Shown in pieces: positions 47,723 to 63,074 of a stretch of DNA of 64,000 nucleotides. Each line of letters begins with the position of its first letter. Within the stretch, counting starts at the first letter, position 1. Source of the DNA: Phoronis australis (lineage: Eukaryota; Animalia; Phoronida). Made by a program: the position numbers and the translations under genes. Where the stretch lies: NCBI GenBank assembly GCA_002633005.1, contig NMRA01000002.1, positions 889,278 through 953,277 of the forward strand. Direction: 5' to 3'. The notes beneath the pieces are model-generated. The model was given only the letters and a program-made list of their open reading frames with translations, did not search any database and had not been told where the DNA came from.

Positions 47723-48350
47723 NNNNNNNNNNNNNNNNNNNNNNNNNNNNNNNNNNNNNNNNNNNNNNNNNNNNNNNNNNNNNNNNNNNNNNNNNNNNNN
47801 NNNNNNNNNNNNNNNNNNNNNNNNNNNNNNNNNNNNNNNNNNNNNNNNNNNNNNNNNNNNNNNNNNNNNNNNNNNNNNNNNNNNNNNNNNNNNNNNNNNN
47901 NNNNNNNNNNNNNNNNNNNNNNNNNNNNNNNNNNNNNNNNNNNNNNNNNNNNNNNNNNNNNNNNNNNNNNNNNNNNNNNNNNNNNNNNNNNNNNNNNNNN
48001 NNNNNNNNNNNNNNNNNNNNNNNNNNNNNNNNNNNNNNNNNNNNNNNNNNNNNNNNNNNNNNNNNNNNNNNNNNNNNNNNNNNNNNNNNNNNNNNNNNNN
48101 NNNNNNNNNNNNNNNNNNNNNNNNNNNNNNNNNNNNNNNNNNNNNNNNNNNNNNNNNNNNNNNNNNNNNNNNNNNNNNNNNNNNNNNNNNNNNNNNNNNN
48201 NNNNNNNNNNNNNNNNNNNNNNNNNNNNNNNNNNNNNNNNNNNNNNNNNNNNNNNNNNNNNNNNNNNNNNNNNNNNNNNNNNNNNNNNNNNNNNNNNNNN
48301 NNNNNNNNNNNNNNNNNNNNNNNNNNNNNNNNNNNNNNNNNNNNNNNNNN
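47723..48350. other. Assembly gap
   Basis: Run of N. Confidence 1.
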
Positions 48351-50089
48351 TTTAAGATTTGTCTTAATTTCCAATCTTTGAAACTTCCAAATTCGGTAAG
48401 TAAGTCAAAATTACGACAAAACTTATGTCAAACACTTAAGTCAAACTTAAGATCTCTTGAACTGGTTTTGCGAAAATTTAACTTTTATCTTAAAATTTAC
48501 AAAAATTTAAGATTTGTCTTAGCGAAGTCAGTTTTGTTGGAACGGGCCCAACGTCTAAAATTAATATGGTCTTCGTAATCTGGCATCACTTAAATATAGC
48601 CTGTCTACGATATTTTTAACCTTGTATGTTCAGAAATAAAGTAAAAATCAACCCCCGATGAATAATGTCGCCACGTCTGTTTTCTCCCATACCAAGCCCG
48701 TCTTCTTGATGATAAATATCGATATACACTGCAAACACGCCACTGAGCTGATCATAGACATAGCCCAATGTACGTATGGGTGGCGGAATGCACATCCATA
48801 TTTCGTCAATTTAATTCAGAACTTTTCTTATGTTGGCGCTCTCCAGAGTAATGAGAGCACGACTGCGATACCCGATTTATCACTACTCAGATTTGGTGAA
48901 CAGAAATTGAATATGAAGGCAGAGGAGTGAATTCCATTCAGTCTCAGTCCCTCTCATTGTTTGAGTCGTTAGAGGTCGCTCATTTGCTTTAGCTTTATGA
49001 CACCGGCTGGGATAGAAATTTTCTCGCATTATCAGTGGTGCACACTGACTTTGTCAATTATTCAACATTACTCCTCCTCTTTTTTGGTATACATGTATGC
49101 GTTGTATACGTGTATACTGTACCCTCGAAGAGTCCTGATTGGCTGCCTCATTCCCAAGATATCTTTCTGCATGCTCACTAAGCTTCCGTCAACAGCCCTT
49201 TCTCCTAAAAATCAGTCTTAGCTCCATAGGCTGGACACTCACAAAACCATCTCACCGTATCATCAGTGCTGCAGTGGTAAAATTAGAGGTGTAGGCGCCC
49301 AAGGCTCACCGTATCAACTTGAGCACTGAACGTAACTTACGGTGCGTAGTCGATGCTAAAATGTGGTTGGCTGCGCCTCACGTGCGCCTACGCCCCACTA
49401 CAGCATTGCGTGTCATTCTCTTCAATTTTGCATTTTCCACTGGTCGGCATGATCCCTCCGGATCGTACCGTGACTGCCGGTGTTTGTCTTCCTTCCCCCC
49501 CCCCCATCACCGCAAAATCACGGTCACATTGCATAGACGTACATGTCTGTCTTGCATTGGGAAGTGGTCTCGCTCCCGCCACTGTATCGATCACTTTCTT
49601 CACGTGACCGAGATGATCTCAATAACTAATCACACACTTGTTCTTGCTCTTGCCGCCACATGAGCCTGACCATGCGATCAAACGGTCACAGTCCACATTC
49701 CTCAGATATGCGATGTTGAGAGAACATACAATGTGGTACTTCAATTGAACTTCTGCCAGCAACGTCTTCTGAAACACATGTGCTTCTGGAAGCAACGTTA
49801 GTCACAAATAACCAGGTTATACATCCATAACAGCCGAAAATAGAAACTGGTGATGATGGATGTGAGGAGTGGGAAGATTCTGGTGGAGCTCGAAGGCTAT
49901 TGTCCTTGTAAGACTGTCTTGAACTTGGAAGTCAGTCTTGAGTTTTTGCTAAACTGTTTTGACCTTTCACGGTTGGAGGTCGCGCTCCGGTGCAACACAT
50001 TCATCGTTTGCATCGCCGGCACGTTCTTTCGATCGTTTCTAACTTGTGACAAATTTAACACGTGTCTAGGTTTGACTAGCAATTGGGCT
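48351..50089 (+). repeat. Second copy of 45459-47475
   Basis: Colinear, lacking the hairpin insertion. Confidence 0.9.
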
Positions 50090-50227
50090 CAGTTTAAAAA
50101 ATCTGAGAATATTCGGAATTATGTACGCTCTGTGACATTCGTAGCACAGTACACCAGTAGGAGACCCGCAAGCAAAATGGAACAGCAACAGCGTAATAGC
50201 GTGAAGCGTGAGTCCAGGAGCTAGGTC

Positions 50228-50434
50228 CGGTAGCGGACGAAGGGGGGGGGGGGGCTCGGACGCGGAAACATGTTCCCGTTTTTTTTAGTCCGCCGAATTT
50301 CCGAAGAACACAAGATCTACATCCTTGGCCCCCACAATTTTCGCTCCGCCGCACATACATTTGCGCGCTTTGCCCAATTCCCCGAGGATGTTGGGTTGCC
50401 CCCACCCCCTTGTGGTATCCTAGATCCGCCTCTG
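50228..50434. mobile_element. Degenerate hAT-like MITE
   Basis: CGGTAGCGGA-G-run ... C-run-GATCCGCCTCTG termini; no convincing 8-bp TSD; the end is repeated across the single N at 50452. Confidence 0.4.
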
Positions 50435-53223
50435 TAAGTCATACAGTTTTTNTCCGCCACTGTAAGTCATACAGTTTTTGCCGGTGGACGGACATAGGTA
50501 GGGTGTAATGGCTACGAAGTCCAACACAGGTTGCTGTTCTCTTCTAATTGAAGTTCGTTTGACCTGCTGTTATGCCTGCTCCGCCCATCCGCCGTTCCGT
50601 CCGTGAGAGTCGCAATGCCATTTAACCTTGGCAATTGTTATGGTATGCCAAACATACTTGCTAGTTTCTTAATCCTGTGACTATCGTCACCAGCATATTT
50701 TCGTTTCTTGTTCATACATAATATGCAATTACTTGGCAGTGAAGGATGGCAAACCGCAATATACCGCTAGTAGCTGCACTCTGGAAGGGGGCATTGACTT
50801 TGGAAAAACAGCTCTTGGTACGCTAAGTCTGGGAAGAATGAAAGAGAAAATAACTGTCAAGCGACATGATGAAAAAGTGTTACATAAAATTTCAAATACA
50901 TAAGATATATATGGTGACTAAAACGATTCATTGCACTGAAAGAAAAAGCGCACCACCAAAGAGAAAATGTACATGAAACTACCAGCGCCATCTATCGTTA
51001 AAATGAATGTTCTAGTCAGACGACTAGACGAACAAGGAAGAAAACCAGAAACTACTAATAATAGCAAACTACGCTAGGAACGTGATTTTCGAATCAGAAA
51101 TGATTAGGAGAGACTTCAATTCAAAGATACCTAGCGGTATCGTAGGCAGTTGTGCTTGTAACGTATTCCACTGAATACTTGAGTCGGCACCAGCGCAACG
51201 ACTAAACCCGGGTCAAGTTCAATAGCTGTCTCGCGGCGATAAAATATAGCCAACATCAGGTGCTATAATTAAAAATGCATGCCGATATCTTGCTTAATCT
51301 CGCAAGCTCTTGCTTTTTAGCTAGAAACTAACGGTATTGAACTCAACCCAGACGACAGCGTACACTCAACGAAAACGTTTACTTCGCTGTAAAAACCGAA
51401 AGTTGCCAGATTAGCCGGAAAACGAGACAAAATTTCGTTACAATTACCAACTACCAAGATTCGGCGAATGCACAATTCATAGCTCTGAACGTACACCGCG
51501 AATCTTAGTAACAACGTCCACATTCTCAAAAATCCGAGTCCACCATTTATAGGCTGAGCTCGCGCATGCTTAGTCACTATGAAAATATTAGTGCTAAGAC
51601 TTTACTGAGAGTCAAATGAAACTAATTCAAATGACTGTATTTATTTGAAGTAAAGTCAACCATCACATAAATATCAAAAACACACACAATTTTTCTTTGA
51701 CTGTTTTTTCCCTTTGTGTACAATTAACACTCGTAAAGCGATGACAGAACTACAATGCAGAGTAACAGATCAAAACAACAATTCTAGCGATATGAGGTTT
51801 GGTGCACAGATCCCAACTGTGGGTTTATGTGTTCGGTTAATTTGAAATGCCGCTCAGACCGATCACTAAAAACGTAACGTACTTAATTATGCCACCGCCA
51901 AAATCGAATCGAAAAAGGACTAACATTCGGCTAACTTGATCAGTGGGTCCTATAATTGCCAAGCAGATTTGAAGCTCTGTTGACCACGTTTTCTAAAATG
52001 ATCCCTGGATATGGCCGGAAGGATCTCTTAGGTCAAGTCAGGAGTGCTCTCACAGGTGAAAGGTAGAAGGCTCTCATAGGTCAAATGTATAGGGGCTCAT
52101 AATTAAAAGGCAGAGGGGCTCGGATTGGTCAAAGTGACCACCATTTCTTAAGTTGTGTTTAGGACTCGTTGGTGATCGTTTGCAACATTCTGCTCCGATC
52201 ACAACAAAATGGCGCTTCAAAGATAAATTAGAAAATGTCCCAAGCTATGATTTACAGGCAATTAATGAAGGCTCAAAACTTCGCTTATACTCAGATCGAA
52301 AACTTTCATCAAAATCTACTAGTCTATCATGGCCTGCCTCAAGTGATAATATAATCCGTGTGGGAGCGAATTCACTTGTGGCTCTTTTAATTGGAAAACA
52401 ATAAAATCTTGAGCGCTGGAAAATCCGATATCCCATTTCTGAGGCTTTTAACAACAGACGCCGTATCTATAAGTGGGATTCCTCATACGGAACTTGTCAG
52501 AAATGGGACTTTCTTCAGCAGTTACGTTCATGTGAAACTCTCCAGCTTGTTTGCACTATCCCAGCAGTGGATTATCGTTTTGGTTATTCAACATTAGAGT
52601 GGGTTGAATCCAATTGTGGTAAGTTCCTGCAATTGTGCGTCAATAAACTTGCGTTCAGTCGCGGAAGAGCCCAAATTTGCATTGAAAAAACATTTATCGT
52701 GATAAAATTGGTCTCAGCTTCTTCCACACTCAGATGAGAAGGGATTTTGTTTTTGAAATGAACCAATTGTTCTTAATCTTTGAAACCATGTGTTAGCAAG
52801 GCATGAAATGACACGCACTGACAAGCCAGTTTATAGAGCCTTTACACTGTAGTCACAAGCATGGACGAACGGTGAGACTCCACTGTAACAAATGAATAAA
52901 TTTAGACTAACTTCGTGCAGGTAAGAATAGGGGCGTAGCTTCTGAAGAAGTGTAGGGGGTGTGAAAACCCCAATAATTTTCCAATCGGTTCGGCAAAGAA
53001 TTACTAATTTAGGCAAGAAATCAAATGGAAGTTTCAAATTCGAGAGTTTTCGAAGAATGGTTTCATGTAAATTCTTTATCCGACTGTGATGAATTTGCCC
53101 TATTCCCCTTGATGTCTAAATTTTATTTCTTGTCATTTTTTCACACTGAATACATTTTCATACGTATTCTGCTTAAAAATGAAAGCGGTGTAACTGCTTT
53201 GCAAAATAAGATAGTCGACAACA

Positions 53224-53376
53224 GGCGTGCGTTCAGTAGACGCTAGGACCTACGCTAGGAGCTAGCTAAAACCTAGTCAAAGTCGCGTGTTCTCATTTGA
53301 AACACACGGCAATTTCTTACGTAATCTCACAAAGTCTTGCTTTTTAGCGAGGTCCTAGCGATACTGAACGGGAGGC
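53224..53376. mobile_element. Small MITE
   Basis: CGTTCAGTAGACGCTAGGACCTACGCTA vs TAGCGAGGTCCTAGCGATACTGAACG inverted repeat. Confidence 0.6.
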
Positions 53377-55506
53377 AGGTTCGCGGCTATTACCAGAAGA
53401 GTGTTGCCTTTCCTCGTACTTTTTAACGAGCCTTTCTTACTGATTAGGCAGCGCCATGTTAATCCAACAACTTTAAATCACATGGTTACAATTGATTTTG
53501 GGTCGAGTTCATGGTGGTACATGCAATTAGTGAGTCAATGGTGTTACATTTCCGTACTTCGCTAACCAAAAAGGCGACAGTTTTATCTTTGTTGTAATGT
53601 TTGTTTCGCGTGATTATGAAAACATAAAATCATCTTTATTACCACACAGCCACAGAAAGAAACATCAATGTCGTGTTTAACAAAAATGTTGACTCCCACT
53701 CATAAACTGATTATTAAGATTCATGCCAGCGTCCAATTTGCATTATTTTCACACTGGTGGTGCAAAGCGGGTTTATAACCTGTTTAAAATGACAAAATGT
53801 GAACTTACCAAAAGTAAAAGTGACTATATCATAAGTCACCACGCATTATGATTAAACATCTGGTTTCATCTCGCAATTCAGCAAGCTTAAACAATTTAGA
53901 TTTGAGTCGCAGTTGTATGATTAACCAACCAATACGAAGTTCAACCGAATTCTCAGTTTTTGCAGATAAGCGTGTTTTAACTAAATTTGCAGGATATTGA
54001 GATTACGACTACATTTTTATCAATAGCGGACAATGCTTCGTAGCTCACAGGGTACCTACCTGCACACGGAGCACGAAGGTGTGCTGCGTGCCTTATGTAT
54101 CTTTTACGGAGCGCGCCTTCGCCTTATGGCGAGATCGTCTCGTCCACGAGTCGACTCACCTAAACTGCAAAACATTACGCCGTTTCGTGAGCCCATTCAA
54201 AAATAGTTCGGCAAATGGACAACTAATACTATAGAATGAAGCAAAAGGAGTTATCAAAAACAGAAATTATCGACGACGTTTGGCGAAAGTCACTTTATTT
54301 GCGGTAGATAGCAATGTGAAGTGTAGAACCTCGAAGGACAACTGTTCGCGGGAGAAGTCAAATTAGTAGACAACTCTTTCTCCTCTCAAAATATTTTTAC
54401 CTCTTTCTACAGATCTACTGTCAGAAGTTACACGTATGATCTTTCAACACACTTTTGCTGACTTAATCGATTGTATTTTTCCGAAAGCGTTCTCTCCTAC
54501 AATTATCCTGTAGCCAAACTGTTCCGTGGCTTGGGCTTGCAATAATCTTACTTAGCAACATAAAGTTTGAAAATGTGTAAACTACGTGAATGGACCAGAC
54601 AGAAAGTGATGAAAGCTTTATCACAAAATTCCCGGATATTTTGTGTAAAGGATTGGGTTGACCACACAAGCTTTAAACTACCTTTCTTATTTCCAGAACG
54701 TAACCCATTGGTTTCCATGGTAACTAACTGTATCCGGACAGTGGAATTTTATGAAAGTTCGGTACAGTTGCACTGAACTTAAGAAGATATTTCTAACATT
54801 AAAATACTATGTCTGATCGGATACGACTGTGATATTTTCAATTCGCGTAAATTTGACAAATCTTAATAAGCATCTCTCCAATTTCAAGGCTACGTAAGAT
54901 GACTTGCGTGATTTTTCGGAACGTCAAAAATGACAAAATTTCTGTCGGGATATCTGAGCTGGAGCTGAAGTCGGCGTATCACAGTAACTCACAATCTTCA
55001 GTACAATCATAGACTCACAAAATAATGTTCGTCCGTGAGTCACCACCAGCGTTCGAAATACACGGTGGCCCGGGGTAAGTGGATTTGCGGCCGGCCCAGT
55101 AAACTTTCACGTATTGACCTATGTGGATGTGATCTCAAATTCAAGTAACTGCCCCCCCCCCGCGCCAGCACATTTATTTGCTGAAGCTCGAACTGACACT
55201 GGTCACCCCCTTCTTACACGGTTGGCCCAAGTTGAGTTGCTCTATTACAATGCTGAGGAATGCTTCAGAGGTCAGTAATTACAAATTCTAATCTTTTAAA
55301 AAAGGTAAGTAATTTGTTAAAGTGTAAATCATGTTTGTGAAAAAGTGATTTCTGCAGGGAGCGCAACCAGAATCACTGATAACAACAGTGCCAAGTCTTT
55401 TGCAAAGACTATGTGGAATACGGGCACACTTGATGGCTCACAAGTAAACATTAAATTCCCAGGCATTCTTTTTGAAGTTCTGTTAGTGTAATACAAAGAG
55501 ACATTG

Positions 55507-55652
55507 GCTGCACTTGATTGACTTCACCGGTTCATCCGGGTCAACCGACTTAGACATCCGATTGACTCGATGACGCTTTCCGGCTCATGAACACCAAGCA
55601 GTTGTATCAACCAGTTGACCCGTGGAACCGGCAAAGCCAATGATTACAGCGA
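55507..55652. repeat. Imperfect ~40-bp inverted repeat (old MITE?)
   Basis: ATTGACTTCACCGGTTCATCCGGGTCAAC vs GTTGACCCGTGGAACCGGCAAAGCCAAT. Confidence 0.4.
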
Positions 55653-56605
55653 GGGATTGTGACCAAAAAGCACTATTTCCAAAAAGCTGTTTACTTTGCT
55701 GATATTGATGCACCATGTTGTCTATTGCAAAATTCAATTGCATTGTAATTGTGTCTTTTGTGCTGTTAAACCAATTTGCAGATTATTACAGTCAAGGAAA
55801 TTGGATATTTATTATATCGTCTTCGAGTGTATATTTATTACGTAGACAAAGGAGAAGATTGGCAAATTTAGAGTGCACAAAAGGTTTCCGTGGAAACCGT
55901 TTTAATAAAGGTTTTGCCCTCGTGTTAAGTAATTGTATGTGCGTCAGAAAATGGGTAGCGAAACTCAGACTTCAAAGACCAAGTCCTGAATTTTGAGTCA
56001 ACATGTAGATTCGCAACAGGCTTAACTTAAAATGTGAGAAAGACTCCCAGTTAAGGTTGATGCCATTTGCCCGGATGTTGAATTCCCCTCTTGCTACCCG
56101 CCTAGTTTGTTCTCTGTATATAACTGCAGTGTCAAACACAGACATTTTGATCAAGGTAACCCTGCTATCTTCTCACAGGGGTGGCAACTTATGGCCTTTT
56201 TGAACAGTGCTTGACGCTGTCCGCACACGGTTGTCAAAAGTTGTGTCGAGACCACAAGATGTGAGCAGACGGAACTTTAAATGTCTGCAAGTGGTTTGCA
56301 TGCAGCAAAAAGGGATGTAAAAGACCTTGCCAGGCTAAGACAGTTCTCGTAAACGAAACACAAACCAAATGGGAACCGATTAAATGCTCAGCCACGCCAA
56401 ACTCGTTTCTAAAACATTCGAGTCACTCTTTTCTTGATGAAACAAATTGGAATCGTGCCCAAATGCACAACGTTCTTAAACGAATACATTTCTAAGCGTT
56501 GAAATGTGCAGAATCGACGAACACAGTTGCTTAATCAACGCGCATGATTGGCTTTGACCCGCAGAGTTGATTCTTTTAAGAAAAACAATTAGATTTTCGA
56601 GCTTT

Positions 56606-56722
56606 TTCAACGTGCAGGGTTGGTCACTTCAACGCCCATGGTTGGTCACTTCAAAGAGCAGGGTTGGTCACTTCAACGCGCAGGGTTTGTCGCTTCAACG
56701 TGCAGGGTTGGTCACTTCAACG
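56606..56722. repeat. 22-bp minisatellite, about 5 units
   Basis: Unit TTCAACGTGCAGGGTTGGTCAC with variants and no unique spacers. Confidence 0.85.
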
Positions 56723-59700
56723 CGACAGAATTCGTTCTTTAACGATTATCTTTCCGCGATTTTTAACTTTCAGAATTGACTTTTTAAGTTAAAGATTTGT
56801 AGATTTTCTGTACTCCAGGCTACCTATTGGTTGCGAATGTGGCACTCCCAGTTTTGATTGGTGGGTATCAGTTTCGCCTTGAATGACCACCATCCAACAA
56901 ACCGTTGAAATGTGCCGTCTCCGTCTATTTGTGAAAAAGTCAATCACATTTAATTCGTAATTCAGCACTAGAATGACTATATTTTCAGTCAAAAAGCATC
57001 CACTTTCTTGTAATACCGGGTATTTCCAATGAGCGTTTACACTTTGAAAGTTAAGCTTATTTATTCTGCTTCTCTTACTCAAATTTGTTTAAAATCTGGA
57101 GTTAAAACGGTCTTTAAAGGACTACTTTTGAGCGGACTCGGGAAGTTTTGTTGATTTTCACGACATGCTGTTTGTTTTTGCTTTTTTTTTGGCGAGCCGA
57201 CTAGCGGTTGAGGCAGTCTTGCCAACAGATAACGCTTTAGGAGATCTCACGAGATCAGCATTCTCTGCGGCACGGCTGCAAAATGGAGAAGCTTGACCAA
57301 GGACCTTGGCCTAAACTTTGCTGCTGCTGGCGTCACCATAGTTGCGCGCGATTTCCCCCAGGTTACGAGAGTCTATAAACGAGACAGTGTAAGACCCTGA
57401 TGAGTGGCAAATTTGTTTGGAAAGAAATCTTTGTTGAATCAACTCTTTAAAGCAACTTTTGTAATACGTGTTAATGACATATAATAATGAAGATGAAAGC
57501 GTTCAGAAAATCTGCAAAGCTGTTGTGGTTGCTTGGCCTAAATACGGATATATTTAATGAATGTGACCATGGTGACTGACATCTAAGTGACCACCATCCA
57601 ACTTCGCTAAAAAGCAAAACATCGCATACTGTAATGACCAAAATGATGATATTCTGGACGTGGGCAAAGTGAGCCTATCCCGAAATCATGTCATCGGTAT
57701 GTACTCTTGCGGTAATAGTGGTGGAACAATGAAGAGACAGGCCTATGAGGTCAGACGTCTGACGAACGTTCACGAGTGATTTTATCAGCCGGCAGATCAA
57801 GACGTCCGATCCGTCGTTGATCAGACGGCATGCAAGTGCTTGCAGCTCTCAAAACTATGGCATTCTGAAGCCTTGATCATCCAATGACGATCAGATTGCA
57901 GGCGGGACGGATGGATTTTCGACTGAAATGACGCAACTCAAATAAAGAGTAGGTCAGAATGGGAATGATTTGTGTAGCGCCACTGTTTGATTTATTAGAA
58001 CACTGATTAATCATAGAGAATATCAATTTATTTTCGAAATGGATAATTGTAGCAAAATCAAAATAACTATGTCGAATGAGGGTCAACCATACATTTTAAT
58101 GGACTGAAATAGTTTTATCATGTACTTTAATTGTTGTCGCTTTTCGTGCGGGCTTTGCGTTTCAAGTTTAGTTCTGCGACGGTAAAATTGATAAAATTAA
58201 GCGCTTATCAACCGACACTAGAATGATGTTCAATAACGCGAACTGCCAGGGGTTGTAAATAAAGAACAAATGGCCTGTCCTTCCCTGCTCGTCCGTTCTT
58301 ACTACTGGGCCCTTCTTTCCGTCTGTACATGTAGGTCTACCCTTCCTATTTGACATTCCCTCCAATTTTTAGAACCTTCGTTCCCATCGGCAGCACGAAC
58401 TTCACAGTGAAAGATGAAGCTGGGATGGAGTTGTTTGAAGCAAAAAAGTGCGAAAAACTCTTACAGACATGATCTATGCAATCTTGTTGTACAAGCTCAT
58501 CAAATTGACTAGGGCAGACTTTAGAGTGCTTACCACTGTGGTCATTAAGATTCAGTGGCCTATTTTATCAAGGCAACTGCCAATGCATGCCTTCATATCT
58601 GTTTGATGGGAATGACTAACTGACGCAAATGCCTAAGTTCAAACAAATAAATGTTAGCCTCCAAGTTAAATGAAAGACGGTGTGAAACATTTTCCCTGCC
58701 TTTATTGTTCGTCAGTATTGGGTGCCGTTTGGTGCGGTGGTCAGTAGACATGCTTCCATCCCCATGGTGACTGGAAACAGTGTGCATAAGGTGTACGCAT
58801 TTAAAACGTGTAATTTGGGAAACTGTAGGAGCCTCTGTCGACTATCCCAACATGTATATTGTAGTGTATTTTGACTACAAATCAGGCCTTGGACGACTTA
58901 GCCTGTTCCACAAAATCAGGCTAAAGACAAACATCGGCGGGAAATCTGTGTACAACTTCTAAGCTGTAATATAAAAACCAGCACTAGTCTTGAGAGCAGT
59001 TTAAAAGCAAAAGTGAATCAACAAAAATCAACTTCTGGCTGTATAATAGACTCTTTGAGAAACAGGAAATGACGTAATAATTATTTTCTGTTTGAGAATG
59101 ACGCCGTTGGCTTGTCCTGCTTTACTATACTTAAGCCACTGGAGTGCGACATTAGGTGTTCAAAATAAGAATCCTTGGCATTACTTAGAAACTTTAGTTT
59201 TCGTGCCTTTATTAATGGCTAATACTACAATGGGGGGTTCTTATACAGGTGTAGCTGAAGCTCCGCGGGAAAAAATCCAGATGTTTAAAATGACCAAAAA
59301 ATAAGATTTTGTTATTTTAGTCCACAACTTGACGATAGCCCGTTCTCCAGAGTGGATCCAAACCTTCATGACCTCTAGATTCCTGATACTTAGGCTAAAA
59401 TGTTACTGATTTCCAGGTTTTTTTCAATTTCTATTTGTCTAAATGGCGCCTGTATTTAACACAGAAATTTTGACCTTAAAAAGGAAATGCTTCCAGATCA
59501 GGGTAAAACCCCGCCAAAGCCAGGTGGGTGGATTTTTTCACTCAGAACAACTTCATCAAAGAATTACCGAATACCACTCATGGCAAGCACACCCCATTTA
59601 GTCCGCAAAATTGCCATCAAACCTGGCCCACCCCACTTTTTCATTTTTGAAAGAGCAACCGGGTCCCGACACTTTTGATACATTTATTTCTACATGGTGC

Positions 59701-62700
59701 CCGTTCCATAGGCACAAAAATTCAAGACCACGCATGTCTTCGCTTGATATCGCCATGCGTTGCAAGCAAAGCCCGTGTCAAATTAGCTTTACTCGTGAAG
59801 TCCTTACGTTTATGGATTACAGCGTGGGCATCAAACTGAGGAAACTCTTCAAAAACAACAACTTATTTCAGGGAATTATTTCCACAAATGGTCCTCTGTG
59901 CTCAGATTGTCATTCGGATATGTTATAGTTAGAACTAAACATGATATTGCGGGCAAGTATCCCGGTCTTCTTTATTAGAAGTTTAACTTTGGGTGTTGGG
60001 AAAGGCAACTCGTGATATAATGTAATTGGCCGATGTTTTGGCGTTACTGACATTAAGCTTACTAATTTACGTCACCCCGAGTCTCTCGCCAAGCATTTCT
60101 CTAAATGTGTCTTTGCAGCAGGAATTTATGAGAAAGCGTGTTGATAAATGGGCATTATCTAATCATTTTGCACAGTAAAATGTACATTCCATTCATATCA
60201 CGTGATAATGACTTCCTAGTGTTCGCAACTCCGCATTTAATGCCGTTGCAGTTACATGTAAGCACACTTTGGCTAATTTACAGACTGCCACTACCACTGC
60301 CCGCCAATTAACGGACTACTTTATTGCAGTCTTGTTACCCTGCCAGCCTCTAAATCATAATTCACACTCCAAAGATTAGGGGTAAGTATCTATGGTGAAC
60401 AAAAATTCCTCGCAAAAACTCTGGCAACGTTATATGATCCAGAGGCAGTTTCATACAGAGCAAGACCTTTACATCAAAAGTAAATAAAACCCACCGTGAC
60501 GGTTAGTAACGTAACCGTGTCGTCATTTTCTTAAGTCGACTTCACTATGCTCGAGTATCCCCCTGATGAAAGTTTTGAAATTAATGAGTCATGGATTTAT
60601 ACTTATTTGCAAATGTCTCGTCTCTCCGCAATGGCGGCGAAAGGAAAGTCGAATATCGTGCACAAGGTGCTACTGATGAATAAGAGTACCTACTTTCATC
60701 ACCTGAACCGATTGGGAAATTTATAGGATAAAAAGATCAGTAATCAACCGCCCTGTTTTTATTGCCACCACTTGATCTTTCCGTTTGCATTTAGTTCCGT
60801 CAGTCACCGGGGATTTATCACTGGCTCAAAGATGAGAAAATGGACGGCTAAACTCTGACGTGTGTGCAACCCATTCCGACGTTTTTCCCACCCTTACGTG
60901 CATACCTGTACATGTACAAAGTGGTCCCGCGGTCACGTGATCAGTGCGTTATTTCAATAGTAATTGGAGCAGTAGCTTAGCAAAAGAATGGCAGGGACGA
61001 CAACAACGACGATATGGATCTTCACAATTGCTGAATAGTGACTCAGTCAAAAAAATATGAGCGCTTCACAGTTATATTATGAGCGCACCACAGTCTAGAA
61101 ATGATGTAAGGAAGTTGTTTCAGTTACTAGCAGTTATATTAGGTATGCACTCTTGCTCGAGTGAAATTAAATTATTTTCTAAATCATTTTTGTGGACCTC
61201 AAGACCATCTTTCCTAGTTCTTAGTCCATTTTCACGTAGCAGTCCACAGTTTCCCATTCATTTAAACCCCATCCCGGTCATGGACAATGTCGTAAGGTCC
61301 CTGTTGATTACTTCTACCTAAGTCAGTGACCACATCCGTTCGGAAATAAGCCAGGTATAAGCTCGTTCATCATTTTTGTCTTACTCTCTCGCTTAAACCT
61401 AATTATTAGCGTACTACTATTTTTCTTGCGTATGAGCCACCTGCTCAGTTAGAAGTCCACCCCTTCACGCTCGTACTTTCCATTTTCCTTTCCTCTACTC
61501 ATCTTTTATAATAATCTCACGTCAATTGTACACCCAATCAATATAATGAGGTTCTTTTCAAAAGATTTATTTGTTCTTTGCGATGTATTGTTATTCATAT
61601 TGTAGGGATGTGTAGCTCACTTGGGCCACCCAACCTCAGCCATATTCGCTATTGATATGATTTTTGGGTTAAAAAATGTTTTGATTGCAAAAAATGCAGA
61701 AGAATTTGTACAACAAGATCTCGGTAAAAACCATATTTTGGACCAACGTGAACTATTTATGCGGTCCCGTCAAACAGTGAGGCGTTGTGGATAGTCACTG
61801 TCGTCTTGGCAATCGTCTTCGCCTCATCTCCCGTTCACTTCATTCGCATACGTTTTCTTCAATCTTCGAGTTTATACACTTCAAAAATCCATAAACGTCT
61901 TGATGGAAAATATTTTCAGTTGTGCTGGAACTGGAATTTACTTGTTCCGAAGATTAGGCATGCGTCAACTTGAATTTTGGAGCCACTAAAACGATCTTGA
62001 CCTTAAGTAAAGCAGACATTTAGAAGCAATCAAATGTGAGAAAAAATCCGCAGGAACCTGTCGTTTTTCGTTACGTATAACGAAGTTTGTATCGATAATT
62101 CGCAAAAAACGAACGGTTGCTAAATCCTGAGATAACGTGAACGAATTCATTGTACATTCTAATAATTATTCTAAGTTTACAGGCGTCAAACCAAAAAATG
62201 CATTCCGAGAACATGGCTTACTTGATCTGGTACAGCTACGTGTGCGTTTCACAATACTTGCAGCCAAACGTTCAGTGCCTTCTTGCTTCGATGACTAAGA
62301 TGACTGAGGGTATCAGCAGGGAAAATATAACGTCGAGAAAAATGTTTAATCGTTCATCTAAAATTCAAAGTAAAATGATATGATTCATGATTGGTTCAAA
62401 GGTGTTCGCTTGGTACGAGTGATGTTCCAAATACCAGCAAATCTAAAAATGCCCAAGGCATTTACTGTTCTTAAAAATTAAACATTTTGCTAATTGATCG
62501 TTCAAATAAGGCGTACAGTGAAGTCAGATGCGAGTGGCCCCAGTGGAGGCAAGATGCACATGTATTGCATGGCTTTGTTTCTAGTGCACTAATATTCCGT
62601 TACAAAAGACGAGGTCGGATGTGAAGGTAATTTCGTTGCACAACCTGGAATCAAAATATTTAGCAATGTGCACGAGAGCGTCGCATAGACTTTACAGACA

Positions 62701-63074
62701 GTGTGTCAAAGGAGCTTGGTACAGGCACCGACACCGTGGAACTACTGTAGTATTTTGAAATATCTTGAATACCTAATCAGTTGCCAACCTGTATCTTTAC
62801 ACAATAACAATAAAAGGACCATTAGTCAAGGCGTTGACTGACTTATGACCGAGGTCCGGGTAATAAATTTTCTCCAACGTTTAATTAAATAACAATGAAC
62901 AATACATCTTCTCGCGTAACGAAGTGAGTTTATTAAGATGTATATGAATACAATAAGTGTTCATTATAAGTGAACAGTCACGAGTTGCTTGAGAAATTCA
63001 TCGGAAACCAAACCCTTTATTGCACACTGCAATAATAAGCTACAGAATTTAATAACCCATATACGAAATGTCTT

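Noticed and set aside
56606-56722. CRISPR-like array
   Set aside because: Contiguous units without spacers, eukaryotic context and no cas genes.
57877-58787. Two ORFs sharing LFELRH, suggesting leucine-rich repeats
   Set aside because: A 6-aa match is expected by chance among this many ORFs; no further periodicity.
61755-61850. YAVPS..LWIV on + (GPCR-like) and GEDDCQDDSD on - (LDLa-like)
   Set aside because: Both are short, bounded by stops, mutually exclusive and lack the remaining conserved residues.
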